The position numbers were made by a program, and so were the translations under genes. From Clostridia bacterium (GTDB lineage Bacteria; Bacillota; Clostridia; Oscillospirales; CAG-272), in contig JAGBTY010000050.1 of assembly GCA_017631085.1 (NCBI GenBank), positions 22,780-86,779 of the forward strand: DNA of 64,000 nt. The letters are read 5' to 3'. Positions 61,625 through 64,000 of the stretch are shown here, one piece after another (position 1 is the stretch's first letter; every line of letters starts with the position of its first letter). The notes under the pieces are model-generated. The model did no database searches, was not told the origin of the DNA, and was given only the letters and a program-made list of their open reading frames with translations.

Positions 61625-63244
61625 TTAACTTCTGTGATTTGGAAAGTCAAAAAACAGCTGTGGATCTATTATGCTTCCGTTTACCGAAACCATAAATATA
61701 AAACCGTCTGATGAGGATAACTCACATATTCCGCTTCTGCCTAATGTTTCACCTTGCAATATATAATCTCCCAACGAAACCGAAATGTCGCTGATGCCGA
61801 AATACCATGTTTGAATTCCGAGACCGTGATCTATTATCACGGTGTTTCCAATCAGATCGTATTTTTCGATGGCAACTATTTTTCCTGAGGTTGCAGCCGT
61901 TACTTTTTGTGCCGATTCTTTCGCGATAAATTCTGTAGCGCTGATAAGCTCTGAATTGATGAGAATGTCTCGTTGATTAAAGCCTTGCAAAGTAGGTAGT
62001 AAGAAATCGTCTTTTATATAACAATTTTTTATATTCAGCGGCGCTGGAGCTGTCTTAAGTATGTTGCTTATCTTTTTGTCAAACTCTTTGTCATATTCAT
62101 TGCTGTCCGATGATTCGTTTTTATCGATGCTTATTGTAAAGGTCTCGGATGATGCCCCGTATTTTACTGACAAATTAAATTTATCGGATAGGTGATTTGT
62201 GGGGTAGGGAATTAGACATTTTAAAACTTCGCCGTCGTATGCAAAGTTCGGAGAGAAGCCACGAAGGTCTGTGGAAAATTCAAGGTCATCTGTGTTTGAG
62301 ATGTTCGTGCAACTTAATACTATAAATTCTTTTGGAGATACGGAGTTATCGCTTATATAAAACTCCGAATGATTTCTTATTTCAACTTTAAAGTTATATG
62401 TTGTTGAACCGAAATAAAGTTCTTGTTTGGCTTTTTTCCATTCGGCATAAACGTTAAGGGTTAAAATTTCATCCGAATTTACGGTAATATTGGAAATATC
62501 ATTAAGTGGTCCTTCGAATATCTTTTTGCTATTTTGGTTGTAAACGGTAACAGTACAGTAGTCCGGGGTGGTTGTGAATTGTAATCCAAGTGAGTCTGTG
62601 ATGTTATATGAGTTTATTTGGCTTGAAATCTTGTTCTTTGAAGCTGGGACAAATTCGTTTTTGTAATTTTTGTAGTGCCATTTTACCGAGTTGGGAAGAA
62701 TAATATCTCCGTCTGCTGTTGATAACAGCGGAGGTATTGAGTGTTCATAAAGCGTCTCCGAATATGAGGAGATAAGAAAATTGTATGCATCTGTTCTTTC
62801 AATTTTGTACCAAGAACCCGAACTGTCGGTACAATATGAATCAGAGTTTGATGCTAAAAAATAACACGTGAGGGTTTCGCTTATTTTGTCAGAGGTAATG
62901 GTTGCGGTAATTGGAATGAGATCTGATGTCGAAGAAAGCGGAGAAAAACGCAAGGGCGATTTGTTGGTTAAAATCGCGTGGAATAATTTTACCAAAGAAT
63001 CTTCATTCGCGTAAAGAAGACTGCTTGACTCACTTTCCAAAAGAGTATTGTTTGAGTCATATATAGAAACGGTTATTTCGTCGAGCGCTAAAAGGTCGGT
63101 ATTCCTGTTCACAGAACGGTAGCTCGCAGCCGCTAATGCAAGAGGAATGAGAGATAATAATATCAGAAAACCAATTAAAATAACTTTTTTTATTAAGCTT
63201 TTTCTTGACGATGTGTTATTTAATGATCTTTTTATTGCTCTCAC
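61625..63244 (-). CDS. Membrane-anchored protein with a C-terminal degenerate LytM (peptidase M23) domain
   Basis: N-terminal TM helix VILIGFLILLSLIPLALAAA. The C-terminus GKIVAIEKYDLIGNTVIIDHGLGIQTWYFGIS....GD.I..GE.LG.SG....SDGFIFMVSVNGSIIDP is colinear with M23 domains but lacks the HxxxD and HxH residues. The GTG start at 63244 is uncertain. Confidence 0.65.
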   Translation of the reverse strand: MRAIKRSLNNTSSRKSLIKKVILIGFLILLSLIPLALAAASYRSVNRNTDLLALDEITVSIYDSNNTLLESESSSLLYANEDSLVKLFHAILTNKSPLRFSPLSSTSDLIPITATITSDKISETLTCYFLASNSDSYCTDSSGSWYKIERTDAYNFLISSYSETLYEHSIPPLLSTADGDIILPNSVKWHYKNYKNEFVPASKNKISSQINSYNITDSLGLQFTTTPDYCTVTVYNQNSKKIFEGPLNDISNITVNSDEILTLNVYAEWKKAKQELYFGSTTYNFKVEIRNHSEFYISDNSVSPKEFIVLSCTNISNTDDLEFSTDLRGFSPNFAYDGEVLKCLIPYPTNHLSDKFNLSVKYGASSETFTISIDKNESSDSNEYDKEFDKKISNILKTAPAPLNIKNCYIKDDFLLPTLQGFNQRDILINSELISATEFIAKESAQKVTAATSGKIVAIEKYDLIGNTVIIDHGLGIQTWYFGISDISVSLGDYILQGETLGRSGICELSSSDGFIFMVSVNGSIIDPQLFFDFPNHRS

Positions 63245-63323
63245 CCCTTTGTGTAATTTAATATGCTACCATATATTATACACTATTATTAGTGAGAGGT
63301 CAAGTGAATTTTTTAAATGCTTG

Positions 63324-63953
63324 TTAGTATAATTCGTGTTTTATGCCGTAGCTTTTTGCATATGATTCTGCAAAAGAGCCGTCAGGGCAATATATAGTGA
63401 TTTGATCTGAAAATGAACCGAACGCTGAATGACCTATACTCGTTACGCTGTCGGGGATGGTTATTTTTATTAATGATGTGCAATTGCTGAAAGCGAACCA
63501 ACCGATCTTTTCAATTCCTTCGGATATCAATATTACTCTTGCTTTTTGCGGCAGATTACAATTGTCTGCGATGGCTATTATTTTGTACCCATCTATGTGT
63601 GACGGTATTACCATATTTTCTTCATCGCCTGAAAAACCTGTAATTACCGCAGAATTATTGTCGATCTCATATGTAAATTGCGCGGACGGTTCGGGTGTGG
63701 GCTCGGGGCTTGATGTGGGAATGTCTTGCTTGAGGCCTAAAATAATGTCTTTTAAGCTCTCAAGTTCACTTTTGTATTGTTCGATAGAGGTGGTTTGATT
63801 TTTGATCAATTCTTCTAATTTTTGCACATCGGTATCTTGAGGTTCTGGATCTGCCGGAATGTTGTTTTGAGGTGATTGGGGGGAGCATGATATCATAAAT
63901 ACAGGTAAGGCTATTGCAACAATAAAACAGATGTATAATATGAATCTTTTCAT
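63324..63953 (-). CDS. Small BspA-type LRR lipoprotein
   Basis: Signal peptide with lipobox MISC, Pro/Gln-rich linker, short coiled-coil-like stretch, then LRR units (ISEGIEKIGWFAFSNCTSLIKITIPDSVTSIGHSAF). Confidence 0.75.
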   Translation of the reverse strand: MKRFILYICFIVAIALPVFMISCSPQSPQNNIPADPEPQDTDVQKLEELIKNQTTSIEQYKSELESLKDIILGLKQDIPTSSPEPTPEPSAQFTYEIDNNSAVITGFSGDEENMVIPSHIDGYKIIAIADNCNLPQKARVILISEGIEKIGWFAFSNCTSLIKITIPDSVTSIGHSAFGSFSDQITIYCPDGSFAESYAKSYGIKHELY

Positions 63954-64000
63954 GTTATCTTCCTTTCAATAATGGTAATAATATTATATTGGTAGATTTT

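Overview
The window reads as a chromosomal core segment of a low-GC, spore-forming anaerobic Firmicute of class Clostridia. The gene content and the BspA-type LRR and sialidase surface proteins suggest a gut Ruminococcus/Oscillospiraceae-like organism, but that is inference only. Coding density is high, and most genes have GGAGG-type RBSs and consensus sigma-A promoters.

Confident core content:
- radA (5' fragment), cwlD, guaB, rlmB, gpmI, an mrp-like gene and dusB.
- A pyrimidine operon (pyrC-K-D-F-E-B-I).
- An lgt-CPBP-HD operon.
- A complete histidine operon led by a YerC/TrpR-like gene (hisZ-G-D-C-B-H-A-F-IE-K).
- pdaA plus a second deacetylase, ruvBA, a DUF951-like gene and ruvC.
- ecfA1-ecfA2-ecfT-truA, pgsA, a ClpE-type AAA+ gene, ylmC/ymxH, rpsB-tsf, nfnAB, and HAD and LytM-domain genes.

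I saw no rRNA, tRNA, CRISPR array, transposase, integrase or recognisable defence gene.

Observations worth a second look:
1. A four-gene operon (20.2-22.3 kb) encodes a membrane protein, an HprK-like P-loop protein, a PqqD-family RRE and an S24/S26-type Ser peptidase. It has no recognisable core RiPP enzyme or precursor.
2. A sialidase and an unrelated LRR protein share a nearly identical 93-nt 3' module. It encodes a Cys-containing tripartite C-terminal tail (GCGSSV - TM helix - RKKKED) that looks like a non-LPXTG sorting signal. An lgt-CPBP protease gene pair about 9-12 kb away is a speculative processing candidate.
3. Two large homologues of P-type ATPases have lost the catalytic motifs.
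4. A hairpin-dense 370-nt intergenic element carries 15-bp inverted repeats.
5. A membrane-anchored LytM domain lacks its zinc and catalytic residues.

All functional calls rest on reading motifs by eye. No searches were run.
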